Origin: Bryobacterales bacterium | GTDB taxonomy: Bacteria > Acidobacteriota > Terriglobia > Bryobacterales > UBA6623 | Reading direction: 5' to 3' | Assembly (NCBI GenBank): GCA_965206025.1 | Contig: CBDBIU010000003.1 | Location: forward strand, 242,982 to 306,981 | Length of the DNA: 64,000 nucleotides | Part shown: positions 40,234 through 51,895 of the stretch, in pieces | Layout of the letters: each line of letters starts with the position of its first letter | Position numbering within the stretch: the first letter of the stretch is position 1 | The notes under the pieces: model-generated | The model's input: only the letters and a program-made list of their open reading frames with translations | The model's database searches: none | Told to the model about the DNA's origin: nothing | Position numbers and translations under genes: made by a program

Positions 40234-43200
40234 CACCACTCGATCGTCTCTTTTGCGAGAAACCGCGTTACTTTCTTATAGCGCACCGGCCCACGCATGT
40301 AGTGATCCCTTTGGTAGAGGGGGCTGATCGTGCCTTCGGGCTTGATGTCCACGACCTCGTTGCCCGCAGGGTCAACTGGAACTCGGTTCCGCCCATTTTG
40401 CTGTTGACTTCCCGCGTCTCAATCGGAAACTCGACGGTCACGGTCTGTCCGCCGTCCACCGTTGCCAGCTCGATATACCGGCCGTCCCAACGAAACTCTC
40501 TTGGCTGCCCGTCGACCCGGCACTCGACGTGTTCCTTACCGACCCATTCGGGAATGCGGAGCGAGACGTTCTTGCGTTGCTTCATCTTCAGCTCCACTTT
40601 GCCCTCGTAGGGAATATAGCTGTGCACGTCGAGCGAATGCGCCGTGCGGTTCATAAGCAGATTCACTTTAACGCGCTCCGCGTCCTCGTGAAGGATGTGT
40701 TCCCAGATGTGGTAGAGCGTCCGCGTGGCGTTGCCCGTGCAGCAGTGCATGAAGGGTCCCATGCGCCCTTCCCAGAAATCGTTGCCGGTCAGCCAGCCGC
40801 CGAACGAACCCACGCTCCTTTCGGCGACGTCCTCGGTCGACTCGCTGTAGGTGGCGTGGGTGGTTTCGGTAAAGCGCTGAGCGTATTTGCCGACCCATTC
40901 GGTGGTCGTCATCTGGCCTTCGGCGAACATGTTGCGGATCCAGCGATCGACGTCTTCCCAGCAGTCGTGCACGCCGTAGGCCGACATTTTGAGCCCTACG
41001 CTAATGATGTCGGCGACCTCACAGATCTCCACGCTGGGGTAGTCCGGATCTTCGTAGAACTCAGGGAAGAACCCCACCAGCGACTCCCCTTTGGACTTTC
41101 CGTACTCATAGCTTCGAACGCAGAAGCGGGCCAACTCTTCGTCGCCGGTGGCCTGCGCATATTCGAGCATCGCCAAAATACCCATCGTGTGGCAGTGGAA
41201 GTGGACGAATCCGCTCCAGCTACCGTCCGGCTGGTAGCTTCCCGAGCGGTCTTTCATGTGAGTCAGAAACTTGCCGGCCAACTCGAGGGCTTCCTTTGAT
41301 CCAGTGGCCCGATAGTGCTGCATCAGGCCCATAGTGAACCAGGCGGAGATGAAGGCGTATTGGGATCCCACCGGCGGTTCGGGCTCGTTTGACGCACTCT
41401 CGCCGACACCGAACGATCGATAGGGTATGTAGGCATAGGAACCTTTGTCGATGGTCATGCGCTTGATGCCTTGAAGCAGGCGCTCGCTCGCTTCGCGCCA
41501 CACCGGACTTCGATCGCGGTAGTAAAAAACCGTCATGGCGCCCAACATGCGGCCTTCCATGCCATGAGGCGCCACATGTTCCTGCCGGTTCGCCACCCCT
41601 TCCCACTCGGTATCGAAGTTCCAGGGACGGCCGATGACCGGGTAGTACAGCAGACCGTCGGGACCCTGCATGTGCAAGGCAATTTCACTCCATCGCTGCT
41701 CGACGTGCCAATTCTCCTTGCTGCCGCTGACGACCCGCAGCAGCGGCAGCGCTTCCATGAACTTGGGCTGGACCGTGTCGTTCCAGTCGTGATGCAACAC
41801 CGGCGGTCGGCGTGTGAAGTCGCCCCACCAGTGAATCTCGAAGTCGGCATTGGGATCCGTCACGCAGGTCAGCCCGTGAACCGCTAGCCTGGATCGCTCT
41901 TCGATATCGAACGTGTCGGGCACCACCGCCTCGTAGTGCTCGCCTTCGGGGAAGACCGTCTCCACCTCGGGGATCTCCGTCCGCACATAGTCCACCCCTT
42001 CCTTGCGCGAGACGACCTTCCCTTCAAAACGGGCGTAGTCGAAGCCCACGGTGACCTCTTTGCCCGCCGGCTTCAGGGTTTTTCCCAGCCGTTCTTCATC
42101 CACCAGCCGGCTGTAAAGGGGCGGAGGAGACTTGAGCTTGGCCGTCAGCCCTTCGTGCCGGGCGTCAAAATTCATCAGATGAATGGCTCTTCCGGGTTTT
42201 TAGTGGGTGGCCAACGGGTAGCCGGCTCCTCCATCCTGCCGACCCGACGTCGCCCGCAGTCACATCGGAGCCCAAAAGGCGGCCAAGAAATCCCCAAATA
42301 CCCTACACGCCAGTCCGGTCGTGGGCAACTCGTAAAGGGAATAAGACACTGATAAACAGGGAGTTATCTCTTTGAGTGTGGCCACTGGATGACAGTTGTG
42401 GATCCGCATTTCACAGCCTTCGGGAGACTGTACGACTACCTGCCAGCAGCCTTGCTCTACTCGTAACCCTTTGTTTATCAGTAATTCTTTTTGGCCAACG
42501 CAGTCGCCGCCCGGCCTTGGGGGCCGTAGAGTTGTCACGAAGCCCTTGAATGGCACCGAAGCAGGCTCCGGGAGGTCGGCCTCACAGTGGCGAGGGATCC
42601 GTCACTCACCGCCGCCAGCCACTAAAATCCCAGAAGAGCCAGATGAATATTGTCGAGGAAGAGGATAGGCCGGAGGAACTTCAACGCCCGTGACCAGGTC
42701 CAATCGTCGCCTTCGGCTGCCTTCATGCCGCAACGGACCGTCCGGCGTTTCGGGTCGCTGCTCTCGATGCGCAGGTACACTCTACGGGCTGTCTCGATGG
42801 CGTCCTTTCCCGTCCAGCCTTCTTGGTAGGAGCCCTGATGGAAAAGGAAACTCTTGTTCACGCCCGGCCCGGCGACGCGGCCCAGCTCAACGTAGGCGGC
42901 CCATCCGTCTTCATTCGACGCACGGATCGTGATTCCGCCCCGGACCGGCGTTTGGCTGTAGTCGAGATCCGGAAGTTCGAGCAAGGCCTCCATGGCCCAG
43001 GGCTCCTCAAGCCGTCTACGGCCTCCGTAAACGCCGTAGAGCATCAGGCCCCTCGTCTCGTCGTTCCTTCCCGTCAACCTCAAGTGGCCGTCGCTGAAGG
43101 CGACTTTGACGTTAGGCCCTTTCGGCCGCTCTCCCCAGGAGACGCTCCACATTGCTGGGATGGGAGTATTGAGCCCCACGACGCGCCACTGACTTCCTAG

Positions 43201-43379
43201 GGCTAAGCCGTCAAATTCGTCGGAAAGCTCCAGCGGCGGATGCGTGTAAGGGGCCAGCGAGTCGTCCGGGAAAGGTTGGACCTCGACGACAACAGGGCGC
43301 GATTCCCCGCCGCAAGAAAGGTAAGCCAGGGCGGGAACAGCGCCGGCGGATCGCCATAGAAAATGCCTTCTGTTCATTC
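40234..43379 (-). pseudogene. Tat-exported GH127/beta-L-arabinofuranosidase-like protein, split by a MITE and with a 3' frameshift
   Basis: MNRRHFL signal; LDNIHL|MNFD joins in frame across the MITE; EIC, HCCTGN and LRIPEW motifs; end coordinates approximate. Confidence 0.75.
42185..42640 (-). mobile_element. 456-bp ISL3-type MITE, copy 4
   Basis: TSD AGATGAAT on both sides. Confidence 0.93.
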
Positions 43380-43761
43380 TCGCGCCTCTGAGAGTATGCA
43401 TCTAGCGTGCGGTCGCCGCCCAACGGGGAGTCGGTACGAACCGGATTGCTAGGGTATCAGCCAAGGTCTTGGATTTCAAGCTCAAAGAGCGGCTTTGTCA
43501 GGGCCCAATAGAAATGTCCCAATTGAGGCTCGCAAAATACAGCGACTTTGGATCACGGGCACGGCATGCCGTGCCCCTACAGTCCGAACACGGACGATGT
43601 GACCGTGATTTGCGAGATCCGGTAATTGCAAGAGAAAAGCTTAGTCGCCGGCGCTCTGGAAACGGGGGAATCGCGGCAGCGATTCCCATGGGATGGCGGG
43701 AACAGGATGCGTCAAACTCTCGACCGATTGGCCGAAGAGGAAGTGAGGAGAGAGATTGAGA

Positions 43762-43995
43762 ATGAGTGTATCCGCAATCGCACTGGCGGGTATCACCTCC
43801 GCGGTCCAGCAGTTTGACAAGGCGGCGGAGGGTATCCGTAGGGCAACAAGCAGCGATCCGGAGACGAGCGACCGAGTTGACCTGAGCGTGGCGGCCGTCG
43901 ATCTGCTCTCGGCCAGAACGGCCTATCAGGCCGCCATCGAAGTGGCTAAGAGCGCTGAAGAAATCAGCGAGCACGCCATCGACCTGCTAGGGTGA
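43762..43995 (+). CDS. Small flagellar basal-body rod C-terminal-like domain protein
   Basis: IALAGI...VDLSVAAVDLL...YQAAIEV...IDLLG; AGGAG RBS. Confidence 0.7.
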   Translation: MSVSAIALAGITSAVQQFDKAAEGIRRATSSDPETSDRVDLSVAAVDLLSARTAYQAAIEVAKSAEEISEHAIDLLG

Positions 43996-44063
43996 GTCGG
44001 TTCGGCGGTTATCCGGCAATTCTGCTTTGAGAATAGGCCCTCGCACCACCCGCGGCTGAGAAA

Positions 44064-44684
44064 TCACCTCGCACCGTAAAGGCCCCGAGCTACGATCTCG
44101 CGCGCCACCGCTTGGGGTACGAACTGTTTCCACGCTCTTCCTTCCTCGATCGCTTGGCGGAGGGCCGACGAGGATACTTGGTCCAACGAAGTTGGCAGAT
44201 CAATAAGGTGGATACGTCCTCGATACTCCTGGGGAGGGCGGTAGACTCCTTGCCTCGAGCCGACTAGGAGTTGAAATTCCTCGAGCTGGCTGGCGAACTC
44301 GGGCCCCTCGCCATAATCCCATTCGGCGATGCGCCGGGCCGCGTCTCGCCCGCAGAGCAGGAACAGTTCGACCGAAGAGGCGCAGGCTTCGCGAAACAAT
44401 CGTGCAATCTCGATGAACAGCCCCTCTTCCGAAGAAGCCATGGCAAAGTTCGGCGAGCCGCTCAGCGCGACTTCGAGTAGCGCCAGGCGGTCTTCGAACG
44501 GCGCTCCCACGAATTGCTTGTGCGGAAAGACTCGGGGCAGCAGAAAAACGACCTGATCGAGCCGGTGTTGGGTCCTTGCCGCGTCGGCCAAAGCCAGATG
44601 GGCGTTGGTAGGCGGATTGAACGCCCCGGGGAATATGCCCAGGGATCCCTGGCTGACCAGGTCGCCCTTGTGGAACTCGATCAT
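44064..44684 (-). CDS. NadD-like nucleotidyltransferase (cytidylyltransferase superfamily)
   Basis: GIFPGAFNPPTNAHL, CGRD and VSSSALR motifs. Confidence 0.8.
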   Translation of the reverse strand: MIEFHKGDLVSQGSLGIFPGAFNPPTNAHLALADAARTQHRLDQVVFLLPRVFPHKQFVGAPFEDRLALLEVALSGSPNFAMASSEEGLFIEIARLFREACASSVELFLLCGRDAARRIAEWDYGEGPEFASQLEEFQLLVGSRQGVYRPPQEYRGRIHLIDLPTSLDQVSSSALRQAIEEGRAWKQFVPQAVAREIVARGLYGAR

Positions 44685-44702
44685 TCCGCGGTTCCGGGAA
44701 TA

Positions 44703-44896
44703 GCCCGCTTTTCTCACCACCTGACGGCCGAAGCACGCCATAGGCCCGTCATTACTGCGTTGCGCTTGCTCGCCGTGCTCAACGTACTGTTCAAGTACGC
44801 CCGCATCATTCAAGAAATGCGTCGCCGAGCGGCGCGCGCCTTGTAGTGATGGGCCTCTCACGCACTTCGCCTCGCCACGTGGTGAGAAAAGCAGGA
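44703..44896. repeat. TA-flanked miniature inverted-repeat element
   Basis: GCCCGCTTTTCTCACCAC...GTGGTGAGAAAAGCAGGA with TA on both sides. Confidence 0.6.
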
Positions 44897-44990
44897 TAGG
44901 GAACCGGCCCTGAACCCCAATCAGCCGCCGACAAGCGCTGCCACAACCCGGCCCTCACAGCGCCGCTTTTACCAAGGATGTAAAAGGGAG

Positions 44991-46298
44991 CTACTGGACC
45001 AAATCGAGCGCAAGGTCAACGGGTTCGGGTTGCGTGGCCGAGATCCGGAAAGCGTCTTCGACCAACTGGACCCCTTCCTGAAGATTCGTCTCGTCGGTGT
45101 AGTAGAGGGCGCAGAGGCGAGAGCCTTCCATAACTTCGTCGCCGACCTTTGATTGCAGGATGACGCCCACCGCCGGATCGATGACGTCCTCCATGGCGTC
45201 TCGACCGGCTCCGAGAAGAGTAGCGGCGTGCCCGATGTCATCGGCGTTAATGCGGCTGACAAAACCCGCTCGCGGTGATGAGATGATGTGCTCGCCACTG
45301 GCATTGGGGAGCAGCTCGAATTGCTTCAGGACGTTCGGATCCCCACCCTGCGCCTCGATGACCGCCTGCAGCTTGGCAAAGGCCGAGCCGTCGGCGAGTA
45401 GCTGCTGCGCTTGATCCCGGGCGCTCTCGAGTGAACGAGACGGCTCGCCCAAGTAAATCATGCGAGCGGCGATCTCGACCGAAAGGCCAATCAGGTCCGC
45501 TGGGCCTTGGCCTTGCAGGGTCTGTGAGACCTCCATCACCTCCAGAGCGTTGCCGATGGTAAATCCCAGCGGCTGATTCATATCCGTCAGCAAGGCCTGC
45601 ATGCGCACCTCCATGCGGCGCCCGATCGTGATCATCAACTGCGCCAGGCGGCGAGCCTCCGCGCGGTCGCGGACCAGCGAGCCTCGGCCGACCTTGACGT
45701 CGAGCACCAGACCGTCAATGCCCTCGGCCAGTTTTTTTGACATGATCGAAGCGGCGATCAGCTCCAAACAGTCGCTCGTCCCCGTGGCGTCGCGCAGAGC
45801 GAAGAGCTTCTTATCAGCAGGCGCCAATTCGTTCGTCTGACCGGTAAAGGCCAAGCCGTGGGTGGCCACGGTCTGCCGGAATTCGGCCAGCGGCAGCTCG
45901 GTTTGAAATCCCGGTATGGCCTGCAACTTGTCGAGGGTTCCACCTGTATAGCCCATTCCTCGATCGGTAATCGTGGGAACCGCGATGCCGGCGGCGGCGG
46001 CGATCGGGGAGGCGATGAGGGTGATCTTGTCTCCCACTCCACCCGTCGAGTGCTTGTCGACTTTTGGTTGCGGGATATCGCTGAGGTCGACCTGCCGGCC
46101 GCACTTCAGCATGGCCGATGTAAGGGCGGCCGCTTCGGTGTCGCTGAAGCCGCTGCAGGATCCCGCCACCAAAAAAGCGGCCATCTGATAGTCCTTGATT
46201 TCGCCCCGCGCATAGCTGCTGATCAGGTGCTCAAACTCTTCGAAGGTAACCTCTTCCCCGTCTCTCTTGCGGCGAATTAGGTCGACAATTCTGATCAT
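44991..46298 (-). CDS. pdp: Thymidine/pyrimidine-nucleoside phosphorylase family protein
   Basis: DKHSTGGVGDK, APADKK, SIMSKK, LDVKVG and GNALEV motifs. Confidence 0.85.
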   Translation of the reverse strand: MIRIVDLIRRKRDGEEVTFEEFEHLISSYARGEIKDYQMAAFLVAGSCSGFSDTEAAALTSAMLKCGRQVDLSDIPQPKVDKHSTGGVGDKITLIASPIAAAAGIAVPTITDRGMGYTGGTLDKLQAIPGFQTELPLAEFRQTVATHGLAFTGQTNELAPADKKLFALRDATGTSDCLELIAASIMSKKLAEGIDGLVLDVKVGRGSLVRDRAEARRLAQLMITIGRRMEVRMQALLTDMNQPLGFTIGNALEVMEVSQTLQGQGPADLIGLSVEIAARMIYLGEPSRSLESARDQAQQLLADGSAFAKLQAVIEAQGGDPNVLKQFELLPNASGEHIISSPRAGFVSRINADDIGHAATLLGAGRDAMEDVIDPAVGVILQSKVGDEVMEGSRLCALYYTDETNLQEGVQLVEDAFRISATQPEPVDLALDLVQ

Positions 46299-46407
46299 TG
46301 ATGCACACAATCCCCGTGCTTTCCCGCCCAGGGGAAGCTACGGCCACTTCGCTTAATGGGTTTAGATCAGTCCAGCCTAACATTCAACGGGTTGGAGCGC
46401 AAGGAAC

Positions 46408-47227
46408 AGAGTTGTCCAATGCAAGATGATCCTGAACGGGGGAGTGTTTCCAACACAAGATGATCCTGAAACGACGGCAGCCGGGAGAGGGCACACTGCG
46501 GGTGAATGCGAATCACCATGCAGCATGCACAACGTCTCACGCTGGGCGAGATGCGCGAGTTTGTGGCTTCCAGCGGTCGCCTCAGCTTTACCGGCGCCGA
46601 GCGCAAGCAGATCTACGGCCTCGTCGAGCACACCCTGCGGGCGCACGAGTACCTGCGGCTGTCGAAGAAAGACAAAGGCGTCGTGCGGCGCTATTTGGCC
46701 AAGATCAGCGGGCGCAGCTTGGCGCAGATCACGCGTCTGATCCGGCGCTACCGTCAAAGCGGAGCCGTCGAGCCCGCCCCGCCCCGCCGGCATCGCTTTC
46801 CGCGCCGCTACACACACGACGATATTGCTCTGTTGGCCACCGTCGATGCGGCCCACGAAGGGCTGTCGGGCCCGGCGCTGCGGCGCATCCTATGGCGCGA
46901 ACACCACGTCTACGGCCAGGCCGCCTCCAACGATTGGCCTCCCTCTCGGCCTCGCACATCTACAACCTGCGACGCACCGCGGTCTATCGCGAACACCACG
47001 TCCATCACACCCGGACGCGCTCCCGCGCGGTGGCCATCGGCGAGCGGCGGCGGCCCAACCCGTGCGGGCGGCCCGGCTACTTGCGGGTCGACACGGTGCA
47101 TCAGGGCGACACCGCCATGCGCCCCGGGCTGTACCACGTCAATGCCGTCGATACGGTGACGCAGTGGCAGGTGGTGGGCTGTTGCCAGACCATCTCGGAA
47201 GCCCATTTGATCCCCGTTTTGGAGGCC
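46408..47227 (+). pseudogene. ISNCY-like element type B, frameshifted and 3'-truncated
   Basis: Tandem CAAGATGATCCTGAA at the left end; transposase split between ORFs 46506 and 46460 near 46925; RVDTVHQGD. Confidence 0.85.
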
Positions 47228-48665
47228 GTACTGTCCAAGAATAGGATCGGCGAGTTCCGGCTGGCGGATGAAGAGCGAGGCGTTGAGAACGAGGCTGTGG
47301 TTGCTGCGAGGCCCGTGGTCAATCGTTGCTGAGATGCTGTGCAGTCGCCGAAAGCAGTCTCGACCTGCGTCAGAGCCAGCGAGCAACAAACGGTAGGTGA
47401 GCACAGCCCAACGGAGCCCTGCCTGTCGCTGCCGCGATGGCTGCGGATCGCCGTTCCGATCAACCTGCTTCAGGCGGCCTGTCGATGGTAGTACTTCAAC
47501 ATCCCGCCCAGGCGCTGGCGGCACTTGACCGCAGCGCCAGGCTTGACTGCCCACTTCTCCGGGAAGATCAACTGATTGTCGAGTCCTTGGTGGTTGCGTT
47601 CGAAATGATAATGGGCGATGAACTCTTGGGCCGCCCGGCGCAGTGATCGCTCCCCGAAAAGAATCATGCGGTCCAAGCAGGACTCTTTGATGCTGCGCAC
47701 AAACCGCTCCGCGTAGGCGTTCAGATTCGGGGAGCGTGCCGGCAAGCGCACGACGCTTACCCCCACTGCCTCCAGCGTCTCTCCGAAGTCCTTCGTGAAC
47801 AACGGGTCCCGATCGTGGATCAGATACTTCTTGCCGATCAGAAAGCCATCGGCGGCGTCGGTCAAGTTGCGGGCGATTTGAGTCATCCAAGCCCCATCAG
47901 GCTCAGTCGCCATTCCGGCGATTTGGACTCGACGAGTCGACAGCTCGATCACAAAGAGCACGACCACCCGTACCAGACCCGAACGCGTCCACACTTCGAC
48001 GGTGAAGAAATCCACGGCAGCGAGCACCTCCCAGGGTGCCTGCAAGAACTCCCGCCAGGTGGTCTTCTTCCGCCGATCCGGCGCAGGCTCGATACCGTGC
48101 TGTTTGAGGATGTTGGCGATCGTACCACGGGCGACCCGATGATCAAGATTGGCCAGGGCTCCCCGGATCCGCGTGTAGCCCCAGTCGCGGTTCTCCGTCG
48201 CCATGCGCACGACTAAGCAACGGATCTGTTCCATGACACGGGGTCGCCCAGGTCCGCGCCTCTTGCTGCCGTCGTACTTGCGAGCAATCAACCTCCGATG
48301 CCACGCCAGCAAGGTGTCCGGGTTGACGATCGAGGCCACCTGCCGCCGGACCTTGTAGCCCAGCTTCTTCGCTCGGACCGCTAGGCGGCGACGCTGCTCG
48401 TCATTGAGTCGTAGCCGTCTGTTGCCGATCTGTTCACGCAGGACTCGGTTTTCTTCGCGGAGGTAATCAATGGCGTCCTGTTGCTGTTGGCTGAGCCAGC
48501 CGGCCAGGGCGACGGCAACGAATCGTAGGGGCGTGAGATGCAGCGACATCGTGCGTCAGAGTACCACGTGGACGTCCAAAATCGCGGCTTTTCGCGGGTC
48601 CGACCAATGGACACAACTGCCAGCGAGTCAACAACTTCGTTTCCGATCGAGTTTTTGGACAGAAC
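47228..48665 (-). mobile_element. Integrase-core insertion sequence (IS3/IS481-like)
   Basis: IRs GTACTGTCCAAGAATAGGATCGG / CCGATCGAGTTTTTGGACAGAAC. Confidence 0.8.
47470..48549 (-). CDS. Integrase core domain transposase
   Basis: [17 protein letters not shown] and [12 protein letters not shown] motifs. Confidence 0.9.
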   Translation of the reverse strand: MSLHLTPLRFVAVALAGWLSQQQQDAIDYLREENRVLREQIGNRRLRLNDEQRRRLAVRAKKLGYKVRRQVASIVNPDTLLAWHRRLIARKYDGSKRRGPGRPRVMEQIRCLVVRMATENRDWGYTRIRGALANLDHRVARGTIANILKQHGIEPAPDRRKKTTWREFLQAPWEVLAAVDFFTVEVWTRSGLVRVVVLFVIELSTRRVQIAGMATEPDGAWMTQIARNLTDAADGFLIGKKYLIHDRDPLFTKDFGETLEAVGVSVVRLPARSPNLNAYAERFVRSIKESCLDRMILFGERSLRRAAQEFIAHYHFERNHQGLDNQLIFPEKWAVKPGAAVKCRQRLGGMLKYYHRQAA

Positions 48666-49401
48666 GAGGTTGAGGTACACCTCCAGCGGATGATCGGCGT
48701 CCGTGGTGGCCACGAAGGCCCGCGGCTGCACCCCGAGCAAGCCGTCCTGGCGCATGATGCGGGCCACGCGCTTGTGGTTCACCAACATCCCCCGCCGACG
48801 CAGTTCCGCCGTCACCCTGCGGTAGCCATAGCGTCGCCGATGTTCCAGGGCCACCTCCTGGACCGCCGACCGCACTTCCATGTCTTCTTCCTCTGGTATC
48901 CGCTCTTGCCAAGACCGATAGAAACCCGCCCGGCTTACTGGGGCCAGCCGGCACATCCGCTCGACACTCAGTCTGCCTTGCATCGGCATCGACTCCCGGA
49001 TTTGGTCGTAGACGCCTTCTCGCCACAGCTGCCGCTGCCGTGGCGTCGAGCCTCGACTTTTTCGAAGGCGCCTTTGAAAAAATCCACTTCCAGCATCTTG
49101 TTCCCCAACAGGCGCTTCAAGGCGCGGATCTCCTGGCGTAGTTCCCGCTCGCGGGAGGCGGCCGGCGGACCGGGGCCCTCCTCGCTCGGCTCCCTCCGAT
49201 TTCGCCACCTGTACAGCAGCCCTCGGTGAATCCCCAGTTCCTTCGACAGCGCCGTCACGCTCTCGCAGCTCTTCAGCCGCTCCAGTGCCATCTTCCGGTA
49301 TTCTTCGGGAAACTTGTAAACTCGTCTCTTGCCCACTCGCAGTCCCTTTCCCCGCTAAAGTGTCGCTATCACAACTGTCTCATTCTTTGGGGTTCACTCC
49401 A
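48666..49401 (-). pseudogene. IS3-family element: OrfA plus truncated OrfB
   Basis: TGGAGTGAACCCC end at 49401; OrfA HTH from 49336; TTTTTTCAAA slip-site-like run; OrfB YGYRRV...NHKRV cut at 48666. Confidence 0.85.
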
Positions 49402-49700
49402 GCACGCTCGTGCGCCCGGCCCCCTCCCGGGACGAAAAGTGTTGCCTATGTGCTTGGCACAGGGCCCGCCCTAATTGAAGTTTCAGGTTAGGATCTCGAG
49501 GGAATATCCACGGGCCCGCCGCCGGCCCAAGGGGATGAAAACCATTGGGTGACTGGGCGCAGTCGGCCATTTCGCGTCTGGACACCCCTATGACTGGTTG
49601 ATTTTCGAGTCCTCGAAATAGCTAACAGTCCCGCGGCGAGCGGTACGTGTATTTTGCACCGGAGAGTAGTTAGGCGCATCATGGAGGTCTAGCTACGGCC

Positions 49701-50153
49701 ATGAATGAAGAAGCTTTCATCGAGGAACTACGAGACCGATCCCACGACCTGTCCCAGGTTCTTGCCCTCACGCTCCATCACTTCCGGGCTGACACGGGAA
49801 CGATTCACGAACTGGGAAGCGGCGATCTGTTGCACCTGAAAACCTGGTCAGGGTCGATCCCGGAGCAGGTGCTTGCGGTGATCCAAACCATTCCCGTGGG
49901 CAAAGGCATCGCTGGGCTGGCGGTTGAGCGCAAAGAACCCGTCAACCTGTGCAATCTCCAAAGCGATGCCAGTGGCGCAGCGAGTCCCCAGGCGCGGGAT
50001 ACGGGCGTCAAAGGCTCCATATGCGTACCCATGATGTCGGGCGAGCGCGCGGTGGGAGCGCTGGGCATCGCCACCGCCGCAGAACGTGAGTTTTCCGTGG
50101 AAGAAGTTGCGTTGTTGCTGGAAGTGGGACGGGTGCTCGCCAAGCGCGGTTAG
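49701..50153 (+). CDS. GAF domain protein
   Basis: IPVGKGIAG...SICVP...VGALGI. Confidence 0.85.
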   Translation: MNEEAFIEELRDRSHDLSQVLALTLHHFRADTGTIHELGSGDLLHLKTWSGSIPEQVLAVIQTIPVGKGIAGLAVERKEPVNLCNLQSDASGAASPQARDTGVKGSICVPMMSGERAVGALGIATAAEREFSVEEVALLLEVGRVLAKRG

Positions 50154-50304
50154 GGATCGCGGCTTCTCCCCTCGGATCGGAAGAAGCAATCGCCCTGTCA
50201 GAACGTAGCTGCCGTGGGTTTGCCGCTCCGAACCCGCCGTGCCAAGCTGCTAGGATGAATGGTTTGCCGAGTCCGGCTCTTCCGAGACTCGGCTGCGAAC
50301 GGTC

Positions 50305-51861
50305 ATGGGACTCGTAACGCTTGGCAGCGCCATTGAGCCCGACAAGGCGTTCATCCGGCTCAATAGCCGCGACAATGTCGTGGTCGCCCGGGTGCCTTTG
50401 CCGGCCGACAGCGTGATCGCCGTCGACGATCGAGAGATCCATATCCACCAGGCGATCGGACCCGGGCATAAGGTCGCCGTGGCGGACATCCCCGAAGGGG
50501 CCGCCGTCCTCAAGTATGGAGAGAACATCGGTACGGCCCGGGAACCAATCCGCCCCGGTGAGCTGGTCCACCTCCACAACCTGCTCTACGACGTCGGCGA
50601 TCGCCAGTACGAGTTTTCGACGTCGCTGAACGATTTGTCGGAGCTGCCGCTTTTGCCCGAGCGCACCTTCCTGGGATATCCGCGCGCGGACGGGCGCGTG
50701 GGGACGCGCAACTATGTGGCCATTGTCGGCGCCAGCAATTGCGCGGCCCACGCCACGCAGAAGATCGAGGCTGCTTTTCGACACGAGTCCTTCGAGGGGA
50801 CGGGCATTGACGGCGTCGTCTGCTTTCCCCACGTGGATGGTTGCGGCCAGGCGGAAGGGGCCGATACGCAGTTGCTTCGGCGGACGCTTGACGGGCTGGC
50901 CGACCACCCGAACGTCGCCGCGGCCGTCGTCGTCGGGCTTGGCTGCGAGGTCAACCAGGTTAGCTACTACCTCCGTCCCGACGAGAACGGAAGCGAGCGC
51001 GCCCCGCGGCGAGGGTTCACCCTTCAAGACAGCGGAGGCACCCGCCGCGTTATCGGCGATAGCGTCAAGGCGGTTTGGGAGCTGATCGCCGAAGTGGGGC
51101 GGCTTGAAAGAGTTGAATGTTCGGCGTCGAAGCTGGTTGTGGCGCTCGAATGCGGTGGGTCGGACGCGTTCTCCGGCATCGCGGCCAATCCCGCCGTCGG
51201 CTACTGCTCCGACCTGCTGGCCAAGCAGGGAGGGACGGTCTGTCTCGGCGAGACGACGGAAGTTTATGGGGCGGAGCACTTGCTGACGCGCAGAGCCGTC
51301 AGCCGCGAAGTGGGCGAAAAGCTTCTCGACAGGATCGACTGGTACAAGCGCTACGTCGCCGGGTTCATGGATGCACCCACGTTTGACAGCAATCCTTCGC
51401 CCGGCAACAAGGCCGGCGGGCTGACCAACATCGTCGAGAAGTCGTTGGGAGCGGTGGCCAAGGCAGGCACTTCTCCTTTGACCGATGTCTACGATTACGC
51501 CGAGCGAATCCAGGCCAGCGGATTCGTTTTCATGAACACGCCCGGCTACGATCCCACATCGGTCACCGGGATGGCCGCCGGTGGGTGCAATGTCTGCCTG
51601 TTCACCACCGGCCGCGGCAGCTGCTTCGGTTTCCCGACCGTGCCGGTGGTCAAGATCGCGTCCAATTCCCAGATGGGAAAGTTCATGGACGAGGACATGG
51701 ACATCAACACCGGCACGATCGCCGAAGGGGCCGAGAACATCGGACAAGCCGGCGAAAAAATCTACCGTTTCCTGCTCGAGACCGCATCCGGGAAGAAGAC
51801 CTTCAGCGAAGCTCTCGGCCACCGCGAGTTCATTCCCTGGCGGATCGGCCCCGTGCTTTAG
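50305..51861 (+). CDS. uxaA: Altronate/galactarate dehydratase (UxaA family, with SAF domain)
   Basis: GHKVA, KYG, GTRNY, ECGGSD, NPSPGNKAGG and FTTGRG motifs. Confidence 0.88.
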   Translation: MGLVTLGSAIEPDKAFIRLNSRDNVVVARVPLPADSVIAVDDREIHIHQAIGPGHKVAVADIPEGAAVLKYGENIGTAREPIRPGELVHLHNLLYDVGDRQYEFSTSLNDLSELPLLPERTFLGYPRADGRVGTRNYVAIVGASNCAAHATQKIEAAFRHESFEGTGIDGVVCFPHVDGCGQAEGADTQLLRRTLDGLADHPNVAAAVVVGLGCEVNQVSYYLRPDENGSERAPRRGFTLQDSGGTRRVIGDSVKAVWELIAEVGRLERVECSASKLVVALECGGSDAFSGIAANPAVGYCSDLLAKQGGTVCLGETTEVYGAEHLLTRRAVSREVGEKLLDRIDWYKRYVAGFMDAPTFDSNPSPGNKAGGLTNIVEKSLGAVAKAGTSPLTDVYDYAERIQASGFVFMNTPGYDPTSVTGMAAGGCNVCLFTTGRGSCFGFPTVPVVKIASNSQMGKFMDEDMDINTGTIAEGAENIGQAGEKIYRFLLETASGKKTFSEALGHREFIPWRIGPVL

Positions 51862-51895
51862 AGAAGGTCGCGGCCCTCGGGCCAGGCCATCCTCG

